A program made the position numbers and the translations under genes. From positions 32,001 to 96,000 of the IMG/VR virus record IMGVR_UViG_3300035180_001563: a stretch of 64,000 nucleotides of DNA. One strand, written 5' to 3'. The notes under the pieces are model-generated. The model did not search any database. It was given only the letters and a program-made list of their open reading frames with translations, and had not been told where the DNA came from. Positions 38,527 through 47,922 of this stretch are shown in pieces (position 1 is the first letter of the stretch; each line of letters starts with the position of its first letter). The DNA comes from a virus.

Positions 38527-41500
38527 TTATCCCATAATAATCGAACAACCTAACCCGATTTCTTCAGGGTTAGAGGCAATACTGTTATCAAGATCATCCA
38601 AACATTGTTGAAAACTAGCTTGAGCACGTGCCCTTAAATCAACAGCATTTAATGACACTCCTCCTCCAGCTCCTGGTAAAGTAGCATATTTGCCTCGAAT
38701 TTCAGCTAGCAATTGACATGCTTCTCCGGTGGCCCAAGTCTGTATCCAGTTATTTAGATATCTATCAGCTAATATATCTTGTTCGGTTCGTTCTATAACA
38801 GCATCCATAAGCACTCGCTCAGGTCTCCAGAGATTTTGGTGAACTGTTAACGTTCTCGTGGTTTCTTCCCAAAAATACATAATATTTGAGGCAAACAACT
38901 TTTCCATTAATTCCAAGTACTCATTAATGACATGATAACTCACAAGATCAAACGTTCCCATTTGGTATAAGTGTTGCAACACTATTTGTCCATACACTCC
39001 TTGACCTTCTGCAGTCCCAAGGAAAGCTGATGACATTCTCATCATTCCCATAACACTAACTATCTTATGGAACCCAACTGATCTATTGGTCAATTTATAT
39101 TTTTGTTGCCCAGGCTCTAAATTAAAGAAGAACATCACTCGTTGATAACCAGCAGATCCCCTACGTCTCAGTGTCTGGAATGCTTGATCCACACAAAATT
39201 CTAATTGTTCTTTTGTTAATTCAACTTGAACGATAGGATAACCAAGTTGTGTTAGAATATTCTCAACCATGTCCCTGCGTCGGGCTGATGAACCATCAGT
39301 TCCAATTCCAATCTCTCTATATGATGGTCCTGGTAACAAACCATCTGTCCCCGTAGTAGGAGATTGAGCTAACCCCTTTGGAGTTAAACAGAATAAAAGA
39401 TCATCAGCTATAGGATCATTGGGAATAATAGCCATTCTGGATTGAGAACCTGAAGTTCCACTCGTGAATATAAAATGACCATACTCATTTAACCTAACAT
39501 TTGGAACTCGCTTCTTTTCCCACTTTAAATTTTTCCACTCATATAGTGTTTGATCATTGGTATTATACCATTGTGTTCCTGAAGCCATAGAAAATGGTTG
39601 AGTTTGAAACATTAACGGAACCCATGATACTCCATTCCACACGAATAACGTTTTTGCGTCTGTGTTGTACCAGTACTGACCAACCACCAATGAAGTTGGG
39701 ATTACATCAGAACTAATGTAATTAATAGGACTCCACCCCGAACCAGTTTTTATACTCCACTTATGTGATGTTGAGTTAAACCAAAATGTACCAGTAGATA
39801 CGTGAGTAGGATCTGAAGCGTTGGATATTAAACATGGATTAATCCACTGCATTCCATCCCACAAAAGAATCGAATTTCCGTTAACCCATATTGTTGGTTT
39901 TACTAGTGAGGGAGCTTTAGCAGGATTAGTTGGACTGTCAACAAAGTTGTTCACGATTGTCCACATCTGATTTACTGTATCCCAAACATGCAGTTTGGTT
40001 TCATCAAAATAGAGACTATCAGCAGCGGGGGTGGTAGGATCTGTAAACCATATTATTAAATAACTTGAAATATCAACCCAAACAGCACCACTCCACTGAT
40101 GAAGGGTTTCTAAGTCTGGATTATACCAGAAGCTATTAACTCCCTGTGCTATTGGAGATGTTGTAGCAGTTGAAACAATAACACTTGTGAATATAGACGT
40201 CCATTGACCAGACATCCGATATGTCAATTTATTATTGGTAGTATTAAACCAGTAATATCCATCTGGAATGAGTCTAGGATCATCTAACCACACAAAAGCA
40301 TTTGTTGGATTCCATACACCTGTTGATGTTTGACCCGGAACGAGTGGACACCGTTGAGAAGAGCAGTCTCCATTGGTTATACCCCAACTACTCAAAACAT
40401 TTGTTGTTGAGTTTAACCAATATGAACCACATGGCATAACAGGAGATAATGAAGGGTCAGTTGATTGTGTTATTGTGTTGACAGGAATCCAAACCGAACC
40501 GTCCCAAGCAAATGATTTATTCCCGTCATACCAAATTGTATCACACCCAGGTTGTGTTGGATCTGAAGGATATGTAATATTGGCTTGTGATATCCAAGTT
40601 ATACCATCCCACATACTCAATTTGTTTGTTTGAGTGTTAAGCCACAAACCACCAATACCGGGAGAGGTTGGTACAACAGACCCCGTAATTGCATCCAACG
40701 GTTGGTTTGATGCTCCATCCCACAAATATAACGTGTTTGTTGACGGATTGATAAACAATGTTCCTGTTCCTGGAGGAGTAGGTCCTTGTAGAGGAGAATT
40801 TAAAGTTGCAAATGCAAAATTTAAACTATTAACCAGTTGTTGATACGTTTGATTATTCGATCCTTCCACTGGAATAATATGTTTAAAAACAAGTTGTTGC
40901 TGGAGAGTACTGTTTCCTGTTAGATAAGTCTCGTCAAGAAACTCTTCATTTGGATATAAAACTCCAGGTCCATATGGATCACCATACTGATAACCATCAA
41001 TCATAATGGATAATTTGTATGTTTTGTTGACATCTAAACCAGTTCTGTCTGTAGATTGTACTCCTAGTTGAACAACCTGATACCCTGGAGTATCAGGTTC
41101 TTTTTTACTTTGATAGTCCTGTGAATATGAGTGAGATCCTTCGTAGTGATACGTTAAGACATTATCTACAGCAAATCCAGCAACATAATAAGGCACGTTT
41201 GGCTGTAAACCGGTGATCTTCATTGAAGTGGTAGTTTTATCATCATAAAAAGCACCCACCACTAAACCTGTACCAATCTTATCGCCAGCAAATAAATTAA
41301 CATCTACCGTTGGATCGCCAGTATAAAAACGTTTATTTTCAGGGGTTTGGTTTTGATTTATTTCACACGTGTCTGCAACTATAACAATTCCGTTATAATT
41401 TAAATCATTAATAGAACATCCAGGAGCACCCTTAGGAAGGGTCCATTTTATTGTCGCTGTTGTTGGTGTTGTTCTATCAAGCGTGATCGTAATTTCACGA

Positions 41501-41553
41501 CCTTCGTTAACAATTTTATCTGGCGCGTCTGTATACAACCCTAGAGAAGACAT
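38527..41553 (-). CDS. gp13: Neck adaptor gp13-like domain with a very large N-terminal W-repeat extension
   Basis: C-terminal LGYPIVQVEL..EQL...RGKYATLPGAGGGVSLN; N-terminal repeats WxNTxxxxLxxWxGxxW. Confidence 0.75.
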   Translation of the reverse strand: MSSLGLYTDAPDKIVNEGREITITLDRTTPTTATIKWTLPKGAPGCSINDLNYNGIVIVADTCEINQNQTPENKRFYTGDPTVDVNLFAGDKIGTGLVVGAFYDDKTTTSMKITGLQPNVPYYVAGFAVDNVLTYHYEGSHSYSQDYQSKKEPDTPGYQVVQLGVQSTDRTGLDVNKTYKLSIMIDGYQYGDPYGPGVLYPNEEFLDETYLTGNSTLQQQLVFKHIIPVEGSNNQTYQQLVNSLNFAFATLNSPLQGPTPPGTGTLFINPSTNTLYLWDGASNQPLDAITGSVVPTSPGIGGLWLNTQTNKLSMWDGITWISQANITYPSDPTQPGCDTIWYDGNKSFAWDGSVWIPVNTITQSTDPSLSPVMPCGSYWLNSTTNVLSSWGITNGDCSSQRCPLVPGQTSTGVWNPTNAFVWLDDPRLIPDGYYWFNTTNNKLTYRMSGQWTSIFTSVIVSTATTSPIAQGVNSFWYNPDLETLHQWSGAVWVDISSYLIIWFTDPTTPAADSLYFDETKLHVWDTVNQMWTIVNNFVDSPTNPAKAPSLVKPTIWVNGNSILLWDGMQWINPCLISNASDPTHVSTGTFWFNSTSHKWSIKTGSGWSPINYISSDVIPTSLVVGQYWYNTDAKTLFVWNGVSWVPLMFQTQPFSMASGTQWYNTNDQTLYEWKNLKWEKKRVPNVRLNEYGHFIFTSGTSGSQSRMAIIPNDPIADDLLFCLTPKGLAQSPTTGTDGLLPGPSYREIGIGTDGSSARRRDMVENILTQLGYPIVQVELTKEQLEFCVDQAFQTLRRRGSAGYQRVMFFFNLEPGQQKYKLTNRSVGFHKIVSVMGMMRMSSAFLGTAEGQGVYGQIVLQHLYQMGTFDLVSYHVINEYLELMEKLFASNIMYFWEETTRTLTVHQNLWRPERVLMDAVIERTEQDILADRYLNNWIQTWATGEACQLLAEIRGKYATLPGAGGGVSLNAVDLRARAQASFQQCLDDLDNSIASNPEEIGLGCSIIMG

Positions 41554-41593
41554 CTAGTACTCCTAACTATCAATGTGTATTTATTTATTTTAA

Positions 41594-41932
41594 TTATTGT
41601 TTGATAGTTTCGGATGTATTTTTCTTAAGCCACTCTTTTAATTTCATACCCTTCCAAATGGTTGTATATGAAATTTCATCAATCATTGGGTTTTTAATAT
41701 CCTCAATCTGTAGATTTACAGGCTGAGGGTCTGCGAGGTTGTCGTATATCCACTCAACTATAACTTGATGCCCAGGTTTTAATAAAATTGTTTGTTTTTG
41801 ATCTTCATTAAAGACGACAAGTTTACAATACTTCGAAACGTTGTAACTAGATTTTTGAACAGGGGAGCTCTTTATAGCTTCAAGAAGCTTCTCTTTGGAT
41901 TCAAGATATTCTTTAAAGGTTAATCTCATCAA
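41594..41932 (-). CDS. Hypothetical late protein with capsid-targeting-like N-terminus
   Basis: MRLTFKEYLESKEKLLE; late motif at 41956-41962. Confidence 0.55.
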   Translation of the reverse strand: MMRLTFKEYLESKEKLLEAIKSSPVQKSSYNVSKYCKLVVFNEDQKQTILLKPGHQVIVEWIYDNLADPQPVNLQIEDIKNPMIDEISYTTIWKGMKLKEWLKKNTSETIKQ

Positions 41933-41980
41933 AAACTCTTTTTGTAGTTAAATTATATTTATTGGAGATTTCCAAATATA

Positions 41981-44176
41981 TTATAATTTGGGGTTTTTAA
42001 TTGAGAATTTTAACGTACCACAATCCCATACCCTATAAAAACCATGATTTGTCATGTTTTGGTATTCGGTTAAACTTGGGTCATAGTTAATAAGAGAATT
42101 TTTTAACATATCTTTTCTGTAATTCCATCTGTGTTTACGAACCCCATTAACGATATAAAAATAATCAGGTGGATTATCAACAACTAAGTTAAATCCAAGT
42201 TGATAGTACATATTCCCTTTACTCCATCGCTTATCAGCATAACTATAAATCTCTGTCCACTCATGATTTCGTTTAAAATGCTCCAGTAATCTAGATGCAA
42301 TTCCGGGGATTCGGTAACTAACTTCAGTGCAAAATCGAACCAATTCGAATGTGTTTGTTTGTTTGTTCTTGTGAACACCAATCCCAGTTCGTGGAACAGA
42401 AAATGTCATCACCGCCACCAACTCATCATTATAATATGCACCATAGGCAATCTGAGAATTGTCGTTTCCTTGAACGTGATTTTTATCCAGTAGTGGAGAT
42501 TTTTCTTTGTTAGTTATAGGTACAATCTTACAATCTCTTGCGTGTATTCTTGGTATTACATTATTGTTTTGTGTGTAATGTGATAGTTTTCGACGAATAA
42601 GATCCGGTCGTTGTTTTAATTCATCAGAAAACAACACAAATACTGGTTTGTGATGTCTCTGTGATTGTTTAATTGTACTCTTCCTTTCGTCTATTGCCGG
42701 TGGAACATTAATATTAATTATAATTAAAACAATTTTTTCACTTTCTAATTCTATAATATTAGAGGTTTGTTGTACTAACGTATAATCAGATACATTAATA
42801 TATTGGAGCACTTCAGCTGTAAAATTGTTAGTTATTAACTGATCAAAATCACTTTCCCATACAGAAACTACATTATATCCCAAATTAATTAGTTTTTGTT
42901 CTCTTAATATTGTATGTTGATACAAGTCGTTATATGATTTATTGAGATGCTGATTGTATTGAGTTGGATCGTATACTTTTGGATTTCCATGCCAATAATC
43001 TCCATAAAATTCATATATCGTGTTGGTCTTTGGATTAAAACCGTCCACGCGGTATCGTGTTCCTGGAACTCTAAATTCTCCGTACTGTGTTGCATGGTTA
43101 AGCTTGCAATTGTCACGCAATTCTATATACTTCAACCATACAAGCGATTTTTTTGAAAATTTGTTGTTCCTAGAGCACTGGGGACATCCATATCCTTGGA
43201 TTAAATTATATGGCCTGGGTTTCCATCTATGTTGACACACATTACACTTAACATCTATAGGTATGTGTGTTTGTTGATATTGTCCTAATACTTGAATTGT
43301 TGGTGCTACTGTTAATAATTTTTGTATAAACGTTTGTTGATTATATCTTGCATTTCCATAACAATGTGGACAATAATGTCCATTCATTAACCGTTCATAC
43401 GTAGTATCCCATATGTGATTATTTTCACACTGAACTTCAACAGACTCTCGTCTACCGAGTTGATCCCCATGTTGACTACACACTGTCAGTTGTGGCCATT
43501 TTTCTTTTATATCTAATAGTGCTTGTCTAAACCCTCGACGTACAATTCCAGCACAGTGTGGACAACCTATATTTTTGTTAAGTATGTCTCCAGGTCTTGC
43601 TTTCCATCTATGATTATTTTCACACACAAAAACCAGCTTTGACCCACTACCTTCGTACGTTTGTCCTGAATCTAAGTAAATCATACTATCCAAACATCCC
43701 GAATTGCGAATGTTCAGTTTCTCAATAAATTCATCGTGAGTATACAAATGTAAATGGATGTTATTAATTCGCTTGCATTCGGGACATCCAGAACCTTGTA
43801 TTATTGTTTTTGGTAAAGTTTTCCATTCATGATTGCACTCAACACACCTAAAAATAGATTTCTTGGTCATTCCATTAAATCCACTAACATACTCAACTTT
43901 GGGATATACAAGATTTCGTTTATCCAATCTGAGTAAAAATTGTTCAACTGATATTGTGTTCTTGGTAGATGTATGTTTAATACTACAAATAGGACAACCG
44001 TGACCTTGTTTTATTCTAATAAAGGGTGCGTTCCAACTATGATTATTTGCACATTTCCATGTATATTTGTAATGAGTTCCTTGATATTGTTGAGCTGAGG
44101 GATCCAAATACAAACCATGTTTCTCAACCTCTTTAACTTCTACGTCAAATTCAGCTTGTGTTTTTTTGATTGACAA
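41981..44176 (-). CDS. Chimeric endonuclease: five zinc-ribbon repeats, Vsr-like nuclease, degenerate second nuclease, GNAT-like domain
   Basis: 5x C..H.W...GCPxC; RVDGFNPKTNTIYEFYGDYWHG; SYADKRWS...RVWDCG; TATAAATA at 44216-44223. Confidence 0.75.
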   Translation of the reverse strand: MSIKKTQAEFDVEVKEVEKHGLYLDPSAQQYQGTHYKYTWKCANNHSWNAPFIRIKQGHGCPICSIKHTSTKNTISVEQFLLRLDKRNLVYPKVEYVSGFNGMTKKSIFRCVECNHEWKTLPKTIIQGSGCPECKRINNIHLHLYTHDEFIEKLNIRNSGCLDSMIYLDSGQTYEGSGSKLVFVCENNHRWKARPGDILNKNIGCPHCAGIVRRGFRQALLDIKEKWPQLTVCSQHGDQLGRRESVEVQCENNHIWDTTYERLMNGHYCPHCYGNARYNQQTFIQKLLTVAPTIQVLGQYQQTHIPIDVKCNVCQHRWKPRPYNLIQGYGCPQCSRNNKFSKKSLVWLKYIELRDNCKLNHATQYGEFRVPGTRYRVDGFNPKTNTIYEFYGDYWHGNPKVYDPTQYNQHLNKSYNDLYQHTILREQKLINLGYNVVSVWESDFDQLITNNFTAEVLQYINVSDYTLVQQTSNIIELESEKIVLIIININVPPAIDERKSTIKQSQRHHKPVFVLFSDELKQRPDLIRRKLSHYTQNNNVIPRIHARDCKIVPITNKEKSPLLDKNHVQGNDNSQIAYGAYYNDELVAVMTFSVPRTGIGVHKNKQTNTFELVRFCTEVSYRIPGIASRLLEHFKRNHEWTEIYSYADKRWSKGNMYYQLGFNLVVDNPPDYFYIVNGVRKHRWNYRKDMLKNSLINYDPSLTEYQNMTNHGFYRVWDCGTLKFSIKNPKL

Positions 44177-44271
44177 ATCTAGTATCCTTGATAATAAAGT
44201 ACTATAAATTATATCTATTTATATCTAAAGTAACAACCTTTATATTTCCTCCTTTATATCCAACAACAGAT

Positions 44272-44303
44272 AAAAAAATCCCCCATTAAATGGGGGATTT
44301 TTT
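44272..44303. terminator. Intrinsic terminator after the major capsid gene
   Basis: AAAAAATCCCCCAT-TAA-ATGGGGGATTTTTT. Confidence 0.85.
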
Positions 44304-44315
44304 GTGCTTATTAAA

Positions 44316-45704
44316 TTAAGCTAAGGACATGCCTGAGACATTAATTTTACCATAATAATCAGCACTGTTACCAAGAGATGTTGCCTTGTTAACAAATGTT
44401 GCTTTACCATAACGAGTCATCAAACTGACAACAGGTTGGAAAGTCACTGGGTTGATAACAACACCAGAAGACATTAATGGAATGTAAGGACAGTAGAAGT
44501 AACCTGTGTCTATTTCTCCGTTTCCGCCTTTGTAACCAACAAGAATACTGTCGTTACCTGTTCCACCGATATCTGTAGTATCAACTTGGTTCCACAAGTA
44601 GCTGTAAACCTTGATAGTACCATTCAATGTACCTGCAAGCATTGTGTTGTTAGGTCCCTTGAAAGAACCCTGAACGGCAGGAGCAAAAACGCTCTTAGCA
44701 GCAGATTGAAGAACGGAAACAACCATTGGGGATACAACGATGAAGTTACCAGCACCACGACGAGTCTTACGAGCAATTTCGTTCGCAACGTAATTGATCA
44801 TCACGCCAAGGTTAGCTAAACGATCGCCAACGAAAGTTGGGCGATAGTAACCAGGAGCAGCAGGTAGTGAACCGTCGAAAGATGCAACTGTTCCAGCAAG
44901 ACCTAGAAGGTCGTTAATAATTTCGTTATCAATTTCTTGAACGATTTCTGCGGAGAGAGCCTTAGTCATTTCGTTTTCTAGATCAAGACCATGTTGAGAT
45001 TGCATATCTTGCATAGCCTCAATTGTCCAACCAGCTTGTAACTTACGTGAACCAGCTTCAACAGCTTGGGACACAACTTCAACGCCCATCTTACGACCAC
45101 CTGAACCTTCAATATATGAACCACCACCACCATGAAGTGAACCAGCGGCGCCATAAGGACCAGTGGCAGCAGCATCAAGAGCTGAAGGCCATGCATGACC
45201 AGTTTCTGTTACTCCAGCGATTGCGCCTGGAGCAGGAGCACCCATACCACCAGCACCAGCAGCCTGTGCAACGTCAGTAGCACCAGCATAGAAACGGCGA
45301 ACTGCGTTTAAGTTACCAAAAGCTTCAAAGTCTGTTGGATCAACGGTACCTGGAATATTACCAATACCATTGTCGATTGCACCAGTAGCAGCAGCACCAG
45401 CAATACTTTCGTTGTACTTGTAACGCAATGTATAAACTAGTCCAACTGGACCTTGCATTGGTTGTACACCGACGATTTCTGTAGCAATTGTGCTAGGAAT
45501 AATACGACGAATCATTGGGATGATGATCTTACGGAAACCAGCAATTGCGCTAGTGTCTGTAGATCCTGAAGCAGCTGTTTCTGCCAATACTTGTTTTCTT
45601 TGATTCTCTAAAAGGGTACCTGTGACTTCACGTCTTGTTCCATCAAGACCTTCTAACAGGGCTTCTTTAATTTCGCCCCAATTTTCATGTAGTTCGTTTA
45701 ACAT
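44316..45704 (-). CDS. gp23: Major capsid protein, gp23-like
   Basis: IVGVQPMQGPVGLV, RKLQAGWTIEAMQD, EIDNEII, TRRGAGNF, YCPYIPL, TFQP...TRYG. Confidence 0.95.
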   Translation of the reverse strand: MLNELHENWGEIKEALLEGLDGTRREVTGTLLENQRKQVLAETAASGSTDTSAIAGFRKIIIPMIRRIIPSTIATEIVGVQPMQGPVGLVYTLRYKYNESIAGAAATGAIDNGIGNIPGTVDPTDFEAFGNLNAVRRFYAGATDVAQAAGAGGMGAPAPGAIAGVTETGHAWPSALDAAATGPYGAAGSLHGGGGSYIEGSGGRKMGVEVVSQAVEAGSRKLQAGWTIEAMQDMQSQHGLDLENEMTKALSAEIVQEIDNEIINDLLGLAGTVASFDGSLPAAPGYYRPTFVGDRLANLGVMINYVANEIARKTRRGAGNFIVVSPMVVSVLQSAAKSVFAPAVQGSFKGPNNTMLAGTLNGTIKVYSYLWNQVDTTDIGGTGNDSILVGYKGGNGEIDTGYFYCPYIPLMSSGVVINPVTFQPVVSLMTRYGKATFVNKATSLGNSADYYGKINVSGMSLA

Positions 45705-45734
45705 TTTTTAATACTCCTGTAGTAAGTTAAATGA

Positions 45735-46685
45735 TTAGTTAAGACCTGCAAGGCGTTTCCAAGATTCAGTAACTGCTTCAGACATAGCTTTCTTGTCGTC
45801 GACATCTTCTTCCTCTTCTTCGGTGTCACCTGTTTTTACTTTAAACTTCTTGTCATCGTCTTTTTTATCTTTGACCGCCTTCTTAGCGCGCTCTTCAATC
45901 ACGGACTTACTTTCAGCAAGTACTTCATCTTCCTTCTCTGATTCTTTGTCCACAGACTCTTTCAATACACGACCGATAAAGGTCTTGTATGCTTCTTCCA
46001 AACCCTCTGTAGGAACACTCTTGAGAATTGTTTCCATAATCTCATATTGTTTTCCGGAAAGTGGTTTTAAAACTTTTTCCATACGAATCTTGCGTTCCAA
46101 TCCTGCAAGTTTCTTTTCTGCTTGCTTACGACCCTCAGTAGCTTGCTCATAACTTTCACGAACATCACGAAGCTCAGCTTCTGTTGAATCTTCATCGATG
46201 AAACTCTTACGATATTCTTGTACGAAAGATTCAAAAACTTTCTTACCAAATTGAAGTTTCTTAGCTTCTTGAATATCTTCAGTTAATTCTTCAAATTCAG
46301 CCTGTAAGCGAATTTCTAAGAATGCATCTAACTTTTCAATAAGTTCAGCAAGATCTTCTTGTAGTTCTGTAGCCATCTCATGCTTAGCTTCTACCAAACG
46401 ACTTGCATACTCTGCCTCAAGATTACGGAATGCAGAGATGTCTTCTCTTAATTCAGCAATTTCATTCTTAAGGTAGTCTTCAACTTTAAAATCAATAGCT
46501 TCAATCAAAACGTCACGTTCGTTGATCCACTGTTCAGTTAATTCAATACGAACTTGTTCAGTTGCGTCACGTTTTGCAGCTTCTACGGCTTCCTGAAGGT
46601 GAGACTTCATTGCTTCTTCCAATTCAGTCTTTGTTTCTTCAGAAAGAACCTCTGCTTCAAGTAATTTTTTCAGAAGTTCATCCAT
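45735..46685 (-). CDS. gp22: Prohead scaffold protein, gp22-like
   Basis: Acidic coiled coil between protease and capsid genes; FGKKVFESF. Confidence 0.8.
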   Translation of the reverse strand: MDELLKKLLEAEVLSEETKTELEEAMKSHLQEAVEAAKRDATEQVRIELTEQWINERDVLIEAIDFKVEDYLKNEIAELREDISAFRNLEAEYASRLVEAKHEMATELQEDLAELIEKLDAFLEIRLQAEFEELTEDIQEAKKLQFGKKVFESFVQEYRKSFIDEDSTEAELRDVRESYEQATEGRKQAEKKLAGLERKIRMEKVLKPLSGKQYEIMETILKSVPTEGLEEAYKTFIGRVLKESVDKESEKEDEVLAESKSVIEERAKKAVKDKKDDDKKFKVKTGDTEEEEEDVDDKKAMSEAVTESWKRLAGLN

Positions 46686-46815
46686 GTTACTCTCCTTTGT
46701 ATGTTAATTATTTATAAATCGCTTATTTTTCAAGGGGTAATCAGTTTTACTGTTTTATAAATCCCCGTAAAAACAACAAGTTACAAAATCTTTTTTTCTA
46801 GTAAAATTTGAAAAA

Positions 46816-47451
46816 TTATTTTTTTATGAACAAATTTTCGCTTAAAAATTTAAGAATCTCTTGTTTAAAATATTTTTGTGCTGCTGGATCGTGCTGAAGT
46901 TGTTCTGCCAAAGTTAAAACACTTCTTCCACTCTTCACCATCTCTAGTGATTCATATATTGAAGCTGGCATAGCTCCTGGAGCTGATGGTGTTGCAACTA
47001 TGTCTACGGTAACAAAAGAAAAGTTTTTCACTTGACCATGATCACCAACTTCACCAGCACCTCTAGAACTCACTCCAAGGCGAACACCACTTTCGACTAA
47101 CGTCTTAGCAATATTCCCCATAGGGGTAGGTAAAAGTTTTGCTCGACCACACGCATTCGTTCCTTCCATTCTTAAATCTGTGATTGCATGAGATATGCGA
47201 TCCAAATTGATGGAAAGAGTTTGTGGGTGGTCAAGTTCACCAAAAATACCATTCATTTCTTGTATCTTCGTTGATGCTTCCAGTACTGCACGAGATATTT
47301 CACCTAAAGGATAAACTCTATTGTTTCTGTTTTTAATGTCAGCTTGCATAAAGACACCAGACAACCAAACGTTTTTCCCATCAGAAGAAGATTCTTGAAT
47401 AATCCCACTTTGAGCTGGGGACAGTTCCTCTATTAATAATTGAGTACTCAT
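46816..47451 (-). CDS. gp21: Prohead protease, gp21-like
   Basis: GVFMQADIKNRNNRVYP, GELDHP, GVSSRG, DIVATPSAP. Confidence 0.95.
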   Translation of the reverse strand: MSTQLLIEELSPAQSGIIQESSSDGKNVWLSGVFMQADIKNRNNRVYPLGEISRAVLEASTKIQEMNGIFGELDHPQTLSINLDRISHAITDLRMEGTNACGRAKLLPTPMGNIAKTLVESGVRLGVSSRGAGEVGDHGQVKNFSFVTVDIVATPSAPGAMPASIYESLEMVKSGRSVLTLAEQLQHDPAAQKYFKQEILKFLSENLFIKK

Positions 47452-47472
47452 ATCTTTCTCCCTTTAGTGAGA

Positions 47473-47775
47473 TTATTCATCCTCATCTTTTTTTGACTCT
47501 TTTGACTTGCTGGGCTTATCCTCTGACTCATCGTCATCGTCATCCTCATCGTCATCTTCATCATCTTCGTCTGAGTCATCGTCCTTCTTGTCTTCGTCTT
47601 CGATTTCCCCATCGTCCTTCTTGTTTTCGTCGTCTTTGTCTTTCTCTTCATCCTTGTCTTCAGCTTCTACAACGGATTTCATTTTTTCGACGACGTAAGT
47701 ACGGAAAATGTCTCGAGCCTTTTCCTCATCTTCATTGATCATTGCATCAACAAGGGCTTTAAGTTCCTCTTTCAT
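47473..47775 (-). CDS. Highly acidic prohead core protein (gp67-like position)
   Basis: AGGAG RBS; poly-D/E tail; lies between portal and protease. Confidence 0.65.
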   Translation of the reverse strand: MKEELKALVDAMINEDEEKARDIFRTYVVEKMKSVVEAEDKDEEKDKDDENKKDDGEIEDEDKKDDDSDEDDEDDDEDDDDDESEDKPSKSKESKKDEDE

Positions 47776-47922
47776 AATTAAATCTCCTTTGGTTGTTATG
47801 GGTTTTGTTGTTCTGTAAATACATACAGTCCGACGATTAATATTTAGTTAAGAAGAATGTATAATCAAAGGGTTACACCTAACCCTTTGATATATATAAG
47901 AAAAAATAAAAAATAATTTGAT

